Shown here in pieces: positions 1-8,448 of a stretch of DNA of 62,234 bases. The first letter of the stretch is position 1. The number at the start of each line of letters is the position of its first letter. Under the pieces are notes generated by a model. It was not told the origin of the DNA. It saw only the letters and a program-made list of their open reading frames with translations, and searched no databases. Both the position numbers and the translations under genes were made by a program. The stretch lies in sequence record DRR723986_597, one strand, 5' to 3'.

Positions 1-30
1 AGGAAGGCCGAAGGCCTGTCTCGAAGGATG
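1..30 (+). repeat. Partial arm of a dispersed REP/REPIN-like palindromic repeat (cut by the window edge)
   Basis: AGGAA-GGCC-GAA-GGCC-TGTCTCGAAGGATG matches the arms at 44906-45013 and 62183-62234. Confidence 0.7.
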
Positions 31-69
31 AGTTTTTTTGGGGAACCAAGCCGGATGAGATCGCGGCGC

Positions 70-456
70 TCAGTCCCTCTTGGGGACCGGGCGCGGCTTG
101 CCGCCGTCATCGACGGCCACCATGGTGAAGACCGCTTCGGTCACCTTTTCGCGGTGACCGTAGCGATGGCGCAGGGCCCAGGATTCAAGCTTGATTTCCA
201 TCGACGAATTGCCGACACGAAGGACTTCGGCATAAACGCACAGCACGTCGCCCACATGGACAGGCCGGATGAATTTCATCTTGTCGACCGCGATGGTCAC
301 GACACGTCCCTCGGCCCGTTGACCGGCTGCGATACCGCCTGCCAGGTCCATCTGCGACAACACCCAGCCCCCGAAAATATCTCCCGAGGCATTGGTATCG
401 GCAGGCATTGCCATGGTGCGCAATGTCAGATCGCCTGTCGGCTTTTCGTCGTACAC
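70..456 (-). CDS. Acyl-CoA thioesterase (YciA-like hotdog fold)
   Basis: Motifs AMPADTNASGDIFGGW..SQMDLAGG and F.RPVHVGD; GTG start with upstream GGAGG. Confidence 0.9.
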   Translation of the reverse strand: MYDEKPTGDLTLRTMAMPADTNASGDIFGGWVLSQMDLAGGIAAGQRAEGRVVTIAVDKMKFIRPVHVGDVLCVYAEVLRVGNSSMEIKLESWALRHRYGHREKVTEAVFTMVAVDDGGKPRPVPKRD

Positions 457-562
457 GCCTGAGCCCCTCCGCTGATTCTCGCAAGAAGACTAGGTCATCA
501 CCTGCAAGAATAGAAGTGGTTGATCGGAGGGCCTCAGAAGGAACTGCGGATCAAGTCCACCG

Positions 563-667
563 TCAAAGGACGAACATCAGGATTGCCATGATCCACAACG
601 GCATGGGGGCAGCGACCCAGATCAGCAGGATCGGCAGGCCGCGATGCAGAAAGTTGGAGGTATTCAT
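563..667 (-). CDS. Small 34-aa hydrophobic membrane peptide (MNTSNFLHRGLPILLIWVAAPMPLWIMAILMFVL), not in the ORF track
   Basis: ATG at 667 lies 12 nt after the stop of the upstream 73-aa gene; TGA at 563-565; one long hydrophobic stretch. Confidence 0.6.
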   Translation of the reverse strand: MNTSNFLHRGLPILLIWVAAPMPLWIMAILMFVL

Positions 668-679
668 TTCGGTTGCTTT

Positions 680-901
680 CTAGCTGAAGGCCTGGATTTC
701 AAGGACTGTCATCGCCGAAAGGGCGACGATGCCGGTGATGAAGGCCAGTTTCGCACTGCCGATGAGTGTGCGGCCGGCGACATCCAGTTTCGGCAGCGGC
801 ATGCCGCGCGAATCCAGATACATGGACAGAAGCATCAGCGAAAAGACGGTGAACCAGACGAACACCAGCACTTCCGCTATCAGGACAATCGTTACCAGCA
901 T
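680..901 (-). CDS. Small membrane protein with two TM helices (73 aa; alternative start 913)
   Basis: Two hydrophobic segments; GGAG SD before ATG 901; overlaps the globin stop. Confidence 0.7.
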   Translation of the reverse strand: MLVTIVLIAEVLVFVWFTVFSLMLLSMYLDSRGMPLPKLDVAGRTLIGSAKLAFITGIVALSAMTVLEIQAFS

Positions 902-1395
902 GATCCGCTCCATTCAGAGGGTTGCGATGTCAGTTCGGCAGGCGGATTGGCTCCAGGGGTTCCGAAGGTGGCCAGCCACAGGCTCTGCGCGATGCGTTCG
1001 GCAATGGCCACAATCTCGTCTGCAAGGTCCGGCACGAACAATTCACGGATGACGGGCCGGAAGACACCGAGCCATTCGCCATAATCCGTGCTTACCAACT
1101 CCTTTTGTTTCAAGTGAGCCGGCACGGGCTTGCCCTTGTAGGCGCCGTTCTTCATCAGGACGGATTGCCAGAAGGCTTCCATTTTCGGCAGGTGCTCTTC
1201 CCACCGGCCAGCCAGACGGCGCTCGAAGATACCTCCGAGCCGTGGATGCTGGCGAATGCAGCCATAGAAGGTATGCACCATCACATGGATCGCCTGTTCA
1301 TCGACCTTCTCATAACGGCGGAGCCGGTCGCCCTGGTCCGGCGTTTCCCGTCTCTTCAGCTTGTATCTGTTGGTACTGGAGTTTGGGGCTTCCAT
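892..1395 (-). CDS. Group III truncated haemoglobin (trHbP-like)
   Basis: VHTFY..IR.HP.LG.IF, W.EHLPKM.AFW.SVL, Y.GKP.PAH, IAERIA.SL; GGAGG SD before ATG 1395. Confidence 0.88.
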   Translation of the reverse strand: MEAPNSSTNRYKLKRRETPDQGDRLRRYEKVDEQAIHVMVHTFYGCIRQHPRLGGIFERRLAGRWEEHLPKMEAFWQSVLMKNGAYKGKPVPAHLKQKELVSTDYGEWLGVFRPVIRELFVPDLADEIVAIAERIAQSLWLATFGTPGANPPAELTSQPSEWSGSCW

Positions 1396-1407
1396 AGCCG
1401 CCTCCAT

Positions 1408-1430
1408 AACATTCATTTAAGATGCATCTT
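1408..1430. promoter_or_regulatory. NsrR-type 11-1-11 operator
   Basis: AACATTCATTT-A-AGATGCATCTT versus the known NsrR consensus AAGATGCATTT-N-AAATGCATCTT. Confidence 0.7.
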
Positions 1431-1454
1431 TTAAATGGCACAGCAACCCGCTAA

Positions 1455-1477
1455 AATCAACATATAAGATGAATGTT
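1455..1477. promoter_or_regulatory. Second, weaker NsrR-type site
   Basis: AATCAACATAT-A-AGATGAATGTT; right half is the near-exact reverse complement of the left half of site 1. Confidence 0.45.
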
Positions 1478-1492
1478 TAAAGAGACCCAGCC

Positions 1493-1924
1493 ATGCGCCT
1501 CAGTCAGGCCAGCGATTTTGCCTTGAGAATTCTGATGGCGACCGGCCAATCCGACGACCCGCAGACCGTCGACAAGCTTTCGCGGCAGCTTGGCCTCGCC
1601 AAATCACATGTCATGAAAATCGTCGCTCATCTCGCCAAGGGTGGCTATCTGGAGACGACGCGCGGGCGTGGCGGCGGGATACGGCTGGCGAAAACACCGG
1701 ACATGATCCGCCTGGGGGATGTCGTGCGGCTGATCGAGCCGGACCTTGGCGTCGTCGCCTGCCTGAAGCCCGAGCCCACAGTCTGCGCCTTCTTGCCCCG
1801 GTGTGCCCTGAAAGGCGCAATGGCGCGAGCCTCGGAAGCCTTCCTGGAAAGCCTCAATACCGAAACGCTGGCATCCATTCTGGCCGGAACACAGATGGCA
1901 TTGCCGGTCGAAACCAGCGCCTGA
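1493..1924 (+). CDS. nsrR: Rrf2-family regulator, NsrR-like NO sensor
   Basis: MRL...SDFALRILM, SH.MKIV..L...GY..T.RGRGGG.RL, three C-terminal Cys (C-x7-C-x5-C); divergent from the globin. Confidence 0.8.
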   Translation: MRLSQASDFALRILMATGQSDDPQTVDKLSRQLGLAKSHVMKIVAHLAKGGYLETTRGRGGGIRLAKTPDMIRLGDVVRLIEPDLGVVACLKPEPTVCAFLPRCALKGAMARASEAFLESLNTETLASILAGTQMALPVETSA

Positions 1925-1980
1925 GGCAACCCCGGCTGCAACAAGGCAGACCGGGACCATCCGTTTCGATCCTGGTTTTC

Positions 1981-2670
1981 CTAGAGCGTCGAAGCCTTTT
2001 CCAGGAAGTCCATCTGCTCAAGGCAGTAGTAGCCGGAAATCCGGCTGATGGTGCCTGCCCTCTTCCAGTCGTTGAGGACACGGCTGACGTTTTCGCGCGC
2101 GGCACCTGCCATGTTGGCGATATCTGCCTGGCTGAGTTTGTAGTGGATCAGCAACCGGCCATCGTCGAGCGGCTTGCCGAAGGTTTCCGCCAACTGCAGC
2201 AGGGTCTGGGCGACCCTTCCCGGCAAGGGCAGAAACGAGCGTGCCGCCAGCACATCATTGGCATGGCGCAGCCGCTTGCCGACGATCGACAGCATATGCC
2301 GGTAGACGGCCGGGTTCTCGTCGGCAAACCGCTGGAAGGCGGCCTTGTCGATGAAGGCAAGCTGGGCTTCCTTCAGGGAGATGACCGTTGCCGACCGCGG
2401 ACGGCCATCAAGCAGGGCCAGTTCGCCGACAAGATCGCCAGGGCCGAGCACTGCAAGCAGTTGCTCATCGCCTTCAACGGACAGAAGCGATACCTTGAGC
2501 GAGCCCTCCAGAACCGCGTAACAGCCGTTTCCGGGATCGCCATTTTCGAAGAGAATGGTGCCAGCCGATATTTTCATCGGCCTTGCAAGGCGCGACAGAC
2601 CGACAGCCAGTTCCGGGTCAAGCCCTTCAAGCGAAAAGCTATTTTTTAAAAAATCCTTGATTTCAGCCAC
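1981..2670 (-). CDS. Crp/Fnr-family regulator with an intact cNMP-binding pocket
   Basis: GELALLDGRPRSAT phosphate-binding cassette; HTH LSQADIANMAGAARENVSR. Confidence 0.92.
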   Translation of the reverse strand: MAEIKDFLKNSFSLEGLDPELAVGLSRLARPMKISAGTILFENGDPGNGCYAVLEGSLKVSLLSVEGDEQLLAVLGPGDLVGELALLDGRPRSATVISLKEAQLAFIDKAAFQRFADENPAVYRHMLSIVGKRLRHANDVLAARSFLPLPGRVAQTLLQLAETFGKPLDDGRLLIHYKLSQADIANMAGAARENVSRVLNDWKRAGTISRISGYYCLEQMDFLEKASTL

Positions 2671-2727
2671 ACCTTACCCCTGCCAAAAGCGCTGCTGCCC
2701 GCGAAATTACAAGATCAAACGCCATCT

Positions 2728-2743
2728 TGTGATGCCCATCACG
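2728..2743. promoter_or_regulatory. CRP-type box TGTGA-N6-TCACG
   Basis: TGTGATGCCCATCACG, 9/10 match to TGTGA-N6-TCACA. Confidence 0.7.
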
Positions 2744-2775
2744 TGCATTCCAGCAAAATAACCCTATATCTAAGG

Positions 2776-2856
2776 ACATGGAAGCGGGGCCGCCCCTCCC
2801 CTCTTCCGGACCTCCACGAAAAACGGCCCTGTACCCCGCAGGGCCGTTTTTTCGTT
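2776..2856 (+). ncRNA. Candidate small regulatory RNA with C-rich loops
   Basis: CTATAT -10 at 2764-2769; hairpin 2780-2807; CCTCC linker; intrinsic terminator 2816-2855. Confidence 0.5.
2816..2855. terminator. Intrinsic terminator, probably bidirectional
   Basis: ACGAAAAACGGCCCTG-taccccg-CAGGGCCGTTTTTTCGT. Confidence 0.8.
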
Positions 2857-2954
2857 TCTCCACTTCGTTAGACTCACCAGCCGATCCGAATTCGCAAGTC
2901 CGAAACAAACCTCACAAAAGCCTGACTGCCAGCACCTTAAGCGAAAGTTCGGCG

Positions 2955-3752
2955 TCAGTTCAGAAAAACGTCCTTCTTCTCCAGCGTCTGAAAGAACCTC
3001 TGGCTGGAAAGAACCTCAAACTGGCATTCGCGTATCGCAATCTTCCGGCGCGGTTCGTCCCGCCGCAGGCGATCGTCCGAACGGCCGGGAATAGCAGCCA
3101 CGAAACTGAGATCGCTCATGCCGTCAAAATGGTTATGCAAAAGAGCGTGCAGCGCTTCCTGATCCTCGGTCTCCGGCAAGGGATCCGCCTTGGGAAGCAG
3201 CTTCAGGCCGTGCGCCTTGGCAAGCCGTGCCAGGCGGACAGCCTTGAGACCTGATTGCACCGGCGAAATCAACAGTGGCGGTTCGGGATAATCGGCATGC
3301 TCGATCGCCTTCAGAACGATCCGCGCAAGGGACGTGCGTTCCAACAGACCTTCACGCACCGCCACGAAATCCGGCTGACGTTTCATCAACACGCTGTAGC
3401 GGGCAAGCTGAGCCTGGGCTTCCTCCTGCAGAAGCTGGTCCGGCAAAAGCCGCAGCAAGGCACGGCGCTGCAGTTGTTCGCGCGTGAACATCCGGTCGCC
3501 ATAGATTTCCTGCATGCGGGCGCTGACCGGCGAAACACGGTCGCCGCTGAAGGCCAAGGTCACCCCGAAGAGTGCCCGTTTGCCGACCTTCTCCGCGGTT
3601 TCCTGCAACGGACGGAATTCGCGTGGCCACAGCTCGGTGGCAACCATGGCTCCAAGAGCGCTCAGGCGCCCCCGTTCCACAAGTTCACGCAATGCGCGAT
3701 CGACCCCGAAGGCAAGGCCGTAGTCCAACGCTCCAAGTGTAATTCGCTTCAT
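2955..3752 (-). CDS. YdjC/ChbG/HpnK-family protein, catalytic motifs degenerate
   Basis: N-term DYGL..GVDRA.RELV.RGRLSA...MV, E..AQL..Y......PDFV, C-term R..Q..VL.S..F. Confidence 0.75.
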   Translation of the reverse strand: MKRITLGALDYGLAFGVDRALRELVERGRLSALGAMVATELWPREFRPLQETAEKVGKRALFGVTLAFSGDRVSPVSARMQEIYGDRMFTREQLQRRALLRLLPDQLLQEEAQAQLARYSVLMKRQPDFVAVREGLLERTSLARIVLKAIEHADYPEPPLLISPVQSGLKAVRLARLAKAHGLKLLPKADPLPETEDQEALHALLHNHFDGMSDLSFVAAIPGRSDDRLRRDEPRRKIAIRECQFEVLSSQRFFQTLEKKDVFLN

Positions 3753-3860
3753 GAAATTCCGCAGGCGGACCGGACAATGTGAATATTAAGCCACATCCCT
3801 GCGTCATTCAGCCAAGCAAATCAAGTCGGATGTTGGGTGGAGCCGACATCTCCTGCCGGT

Positions 3861-5360
3861 TCAATTTGGGTCAACCGGCTCGAACACCGGGCCGATACGC
3901 CCCTCAACCTTGTAGACGACAAGCTTTTCCAGCGGCACATCTTTAACCTTGCGTGTCAGCTCGGCAACTTCCTCGACGTTGGCAAAGGACTGCCGCAGGT
4001 CGCCTTCCCGGTTCCGGCGCTTTTCAGCAACATAGAGCCCCGGCCCGTCGAACAGCGACAAGTCAGGCGCAGGCTGCATGACATAGCGGATACGCTCGGT
4101 CAGCTGGAACACCGGCAGGTCGTCTTTCATCAGGAAATCGAGCTGGCCATTGAGGCCGTAGCTGGTCGTTGCCACGAAGCCGGCCCCCTCCCTTTCTGCC
4201 AGCTCCCTCACTTCCTGTCCGATCTCCGGCCAACCGCGTAACTGGAAGGTCGGGTCCTTGCGGGCAAAGGTACCCGTCAGCGGCCAGACTGCGTGCAATT
4301 GCACCACGACGGCAACTGCAAGGCCGAGGACGACACCGGCTTGCGCCAGACGCTGCCACAGGGCTGGGCTGGCAGGCCGGCTGGTGACAAAGACCGCCGC
4401 CATCATGGCAAAAGCGGGAAAAAGCGGTGCCGGCCAATTGGCCTGCACGCGCGAATGCAAGGAGTGATACCCGAGATAAAGCAGGAACGGCAAAACGGTC
4501 AGGAGCAGGAGAGAGGCCGCGTTTTCCCGCGCCCGAAGCCCCTTGAAAAGCCTGGCGGCACCAGCAAACGCCAAAACAGCGATCAGCGGGTTCATCAGCC
4601 CGACAAGCGCGCCCAGGAACTCTGGAATATATCTTGCCGTGTAACCGCCGGTGCCAGCCCGGCCGAACTGCTTGTAGAAGCTGACCCATTCGTGGACGTG
4701 GTTCCAGTAAAGCACCGGCGAAAAGCAGAGCAGCGCGATCAGTCCACCGGCCCAGAGTTGCCAACAGCGCCACCAGCGGCGGGCATCCGGCACCCAGATC
4801 AGCCACAGGACGATGCCCGCGCCAAGAAACAGAACCGAATATTTGGCAACCAGGCCGCAACCGGCCATCAGCCCGACCACGAACCACCAGTTGGCGTTTC
4901 TGGACGTTGACAGTTCTGTCAGCGCCCACAGGCTGAGGCCCCAGAACAGCACTGAAGGAGCGTCGGGCGTTGCCAGAATGCCGCCGATGCCCACCAGCAG
5001 GCTGGCGTTGAGGAACAGGACGGACCAGGCCGCGGCAGTGCGTCCGAACAAAAGGGAGGCTGTGCGCCACAGGGCCAGGGAACCGATCACGCCTGAGGCG
5101 ATGACAAGGGCGCGAACCGCGAAGACCGTGTCACCGAACAGTGCCTGACCGATACCGATCCACCAGCCGATCATCGGCGGATGGTCGTAATAGCTGAGCG
5201 CCGGCGAAAGCCCCCAGAGGCGGTAATAGGCTTCGTCCTCGACAAAATGCGAGTGGCTTGCGGCAAAGATTTTCAACGCCGTCAACAGGCCGACAATCAG
5301 GATCAGGCCTGCAGGCCGCAGGTAGAAAGGCAAGGGTCCGGTCTGAGCTTCAGCGGTCAC
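3861..5360 (-). CDS. ArnT/PMT-like (GT39/GT83) lipid-linked-donor glycosyltransferase
   Basis: DEAYY..W......YYDHPPM, TPD.P...FW, AKYS, ANWPAP; many TM helices. Confidence 0.88.
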   Translation of the reverse strand: MTAEAQTGPLPFYLRPAGLILIVGLLTALKIFAASHSHFVEDEAYYRLWGLSPALSYYDHPPMIGWWIGIGQALFGDTVFAVRALVIASGVIGSLALWRTASLLFGRTAAAWSVLFLNASLLVGIGGILATPDAPSVLFWGLSLWALTELSTSRNANWWFVVGLMAGCGLVAKYSVLFLGAGIVLWLIWVPDARRWWRCWQLWAGGLIALLCFSPVLYWNHVHEWVSFYKQFGRAGTGGYTARYIPEFLGALVGLMNPLIAVLAFAGAARLFKGLRARENAASLLLLTVLPFLLYLGYHSLHSRVQANWPAPLFPAFAMMAAVFVTSRPASPALWQRLAQAGVVLGLAVAVVVQLHAVWPLTGTFARKDPTFQLRGWPEIGQEVRELAEREGAGFVATTSYGLNGQLDFLMKDDLPVFQLTERIRYVMQPAPDLSLFDGPGLYVAEKRRNREGDLRQSFANVEEVAELTRKVKDVPLEKLVVYKVEGRIGPVFEPVDPN

Positions 5361-5369
5361 AACGGGCCT

Positions 5370-6524
5370 TTACGACTTGCGCCAGGTCAGGGCGGAGCTG
5401 GCCGCATAGTTCCAGACAGCCCCCATGATCGCCCCCGCCGTACCGGCGAACCACCAGTAGGATGGATCGGCGTAGATCAGGTTGGCGACACCGACGTTGG
5501 CCAGCACGCCGACCGAACAGACCGCGTAGAAGGTCAGGAGGCCGACCAGCGCCCTCATGCCGTTCAAGCGGCGGTCGCGATAGGTCAGCTGGTTGTTGAG
5601 AAAGAAGTTCGAAGTCATTGCGACGAAGGACGCCGCCGTCTGGGCGAGGTTGAATTCCATGTCGCTCAGCAGGAACACGCGCAGCGCCGCCAGATGGACG
5701 AAGAGGCCGCTTGCCCCCACGAGGCCGAACATCAGGAAACGGACCGAAACGATGTTGCCGAAATATTTCGCGAGCAGCAGACCGAAATAGTCGAGCGTGA
5801 CCAGCGTATCCAGCTTGCTTTCGCCGTGCTGGCGCTCGCGGAAGGTGAACGGCAGTTCCTTGATCTTCAAGGTACCACCCGCACTGGAGACCAGGTCGAG
5901 CAGGATCTTGAAGCCCTGGGGCGAGAGCTTCGGTGCGAGAGCTTCGGCCTTGTCCCGGCGGATCATGAAGAACCCGCTCATCGGATCCTTGAGGGTGACG
6001 TTCAGCAGCTTCTGCGCGAGGCCGTTGGCGAGGTTGGAGCCCCAGGCGCGAAATGACGACAGGCCTTCGCCAATGGTGCCGCCATCAACCTTGCGGCTTG
6101 CGACGACCAGATCCGTCTCGTCTGCCTTCAGGGCGGCCAGCATCTTCGGCAGCATGGTCTCGTCGTGCTGCAGGTCCGCATCCATGACGGCGACAAAGGG
6201 GGCGGAGGACGCCAGGATGCCCTCAATACAGGCCCCCGACAGGCCTCGGCGGCCAATACGGCGGATGACCCGGACGCGCGCATCGGTTCGGGCAATCTCG
6301 CGGGCAACCTCGGTGGTTCCATCGGGCGAATTGTCGTCGACGACGATCGCTTCCCAGGCGATCCCGGCGAGCGCCTCGTCCAGGAGGCCGATCAGGATTG
6401 GAATGTTCGCAGCTTCGTTGAAACTCGGCAGGATGACACTGAGTTCAGCGGCCTTCGGCCCTTTCAGAGCCTCGGCCCCAACTTCGCCGGCATTCCCGTC
6501 CGCCATGCGCACCGCACTGTCCAT
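5370..6524 (-). CDS. GT2 polyprenol-phosphate glycosyltransferase (DPM1-like) fused to a GtrA flippase domain
   Basis: VDDNSPDGT, VMDADLQHD, DPMSGFF, R.HGESKL; C-term FGLVG..G..V..SNFFLNN.LTYRD..WNY. Confidence 0.9.
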   Translation of the reverse strand: MDSAVRMADGNAGEVGAEALKGPKAAELSVILPSFNEAANIPILIGLLDEALAGIAWEAIVVDDNSPDGTTEVAREIARTDARVRVIRRIGRRGLSGACIEGILASSAPFVAVMDADLQHDETMLPKMLAALKADETDLVVASRKVDGGTIGEGLSSFRAWGSNLANGLAQKLLNVTLKDPMSGFFMIRRDKAEALAPKLSPQGFKILLDLVSSAGGTLKIKELPFTFRERQHGESKLDTLVTLDYFGLLLAKYFGNIVSVRFLMFGLVGASGLFVHLAALRVFLLSDMEFNLAQTAASFVAMTSNFFLNNQLTYRDRRLNGMRALVGLLTFYAVCSVGVLANVGVANLIYADPSYWWFAGTAGAIMGAVWNYAASSALTWRKS

Positions 6525-6979
6525 ACTGAGCCCTGTCCGCCGGTCCCGTGCCTTCCTTGCAGCACCGGGACGGCCCTTTTCACCCGATCCGCGCGGACCA
6601 TAGCCCGGCAGAGATTAAATACAAGAAAAGACAATGGATGCCCGCACTGCCCGGCCGATTTACCGGCCCATTGTGCTTCACCTGTCTTTCGCAGCTGCAC
6701 TTCCACTGTTCCTGAAGCGCCCTTTTACCGCGAACTGTGATGCAAACAAGGCACGGACTGCAGAATTGCTTCCCTGTCGCTGGTCCCGCACGACATTCAC
6801 TGGTTCGCGGCCAGAACCACCGGCTTTCTTCCAACTCCTATCGAACGAACTGGCAGGATGTTGCACCGCCTTGCCCTTGCGCCTTGTTTCGTCTACGACA
6901 GCCGCAATATCAGACAGCCGGATGCGAGAGGTTTCCTTGGGCGCGTCCGGCCGGGAACTCGCCAGGATTCAAGACCTTT

Positions 6980-8446
6980 ATGGCCAAAAAACCGAACAAG
7001 CTGAAAGCCCGCCTGCCGCGCGGCTTCGTTGACCGCTCTGCCGAGGACATCCGCGCCACCGACGAGATGCTGGCGAAGATCCGCGCTGTCTATGAGCGTT
7101 ACGGTTTCGATCCCGTCGAAACCCCTGCCTTTGAATATACCGATTGCCTCGGCAAGTTCCTGCCGGACACCGACCGGCCCAATGCTGGCGTCTTTTCCGT
7201 GCAGGACGAAGACGAGCAGTGGATGAGCCTGCGCTACGACCTGACCGCACCGCTGGCCCGACATGTTTCGGAAAACATCAACGAGATCCAGCTGCCCTAT
7301 CGCACCTACCGTGCCGGCTGGGTGTTCCGGAACGAAAAGCCCGGGCCGGGCCGCTTCCGCCAGTTCATGCAGTTTGACGCCGATACCGTCGGTGCTCCCG
7401 GTGTCCAGGCGGATGCCGAAATGTGCATGATGATGTCCGACACGATGGAAGCGCTCGGCATCGCGCGCGGGCAGTATGTGATCCGCGTCAACAACCGAAA
7501 GGTCCTGGACGGCGTGCTGGAAAGCATCGGCCTAGGCGGTGAAGAGCACGAAGAGCGCCGGCTGACGGTTCTGCGCGCCATCGACAAGCTCGACAAGTTC
7601 GGGATTGAAGGCGTTCGTCTGCTGCTGGGCGACGGCCGAAAGGACGAGAGCGGCGACTTCACCAAGGGTGCGGAACTAGACCCGGCTGCCATCGACAGCA
7701 TCGTTGCCTTCGTCTCCGGAACGGGCACGCTTGAGAACGAAGGCATCACCGAGCTCAACACCATGGCGGAAATCTTCTCGGCCTGTGGTTATGGCGAAGA
7801 CCGGATCAAGATTGATCCGTCCGTCGTGCGCGGTCTGGAATATTACACCGGTACGGTGTTCGAAGCCGAACTCCTGTTCGACGTGACCAACGAGAAGGGC
7901 GAAGTCGTCCAGTTCGGGTCTGTCGGCGGTGGTGGCCGTTATGACGGGCTGGTCAAGCGCTTCACCGGACGTGACGTGCCCGCGACGGGCTTTTCCATCG
8001 GCGTTTCCCGCCTGATGACAGCGCTGAAGAACCTCGGCAAGCTCGGCACGTCCGACGTTGTCGCGCCGGTGCTGGTCACCGTGATGGACGGCGACGTTGC
8101 CGCGCTCGGACGCTACCAGAAGATGGTACAGGACCTGCGCGAGGCCGGTATTCGCGCAGAGATGTACCAGGGCAACTGGAAGAAGTTCGGCAACCAACTG
8201 AAATATGCCGACCGGCGCAACTGCCCGATCGCCATCATCCAGGGTTCTGACGAGCGGGAAGCCGGTGAAATCCAGGTCAAGGACCTGATCGAGGGCAAGC
8301 GGCTTTCCGAAGAGATAACCGACAACATTACCTGGCGTGAAAGCCGTCCGGCGCAGGTCACCGTCAAGGAGACGGAACTCCTTGCGACCGTGCGCGGCAT
8401 CCTGGACGGGCAGGCGGAAGACCGCCAGCGCCAGAACGAGGGCTGA
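6980..8446 (+). CDS. hisS: Histidine--tRNA ligase
   Basis: [47 protein letters not shown]; start moved to ATG 6980. Confidence 0.96.
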   Translation: MAKKPNKLKARLPRGFVDRSAEDIRATDEMLAKIRAVYERYGFDPVETPAFEYTDCLGKFLPDTDRPNAGVFSVQDEDEQWMSLRYDLTAPLARHVSENINEIQLPYRTYRAGWVFRNEKPGPGRFRQFMQFDADTVGAPGVQADAEMCMMMSDTMEALGIARGQYVIRVNNRKVLDGVLESIGLGGEEHEERRLTVLRAIDKLDKFGIEGVRLLLGDGRKDESGDFTKGAELDPAAIDSIVAFVSGTGTLENEGITELNTMAEIFSACGYGEDRIKIDPSVVRGLEYYTGTVFEAELLFDVTNEKGEVVQFGSVGGGGRYDGLVKRFTGRDVPATGFSIGVSRLMTALKNLGKLGTSDVVAPVLVTVMDGDVAALGRYQKMVQDLREAGIRAEMYQGNWKKFGNQLKYADRRNCPIAIIQGSDEREAGEIQVKDLIEGKRLSEEITDNITWRESRPAQVTVKETELLATVRGILDGQAEDRQRQNEG

Positions 8447-8448
8447 TC

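Noticed and set aside
2778-3254. 158-aa + strand ORF preceded by AAGGA
   Set aside because: Runs through a strong terminator and antisense into the YdjC gene; no recognisable protein features
6737-6979. N-terminal extension of HisS or a His attenuator leader
   Set aside because: HisS-like sequence begins at ATG 6980; no His-codon-rich leader peptide or attenuator found
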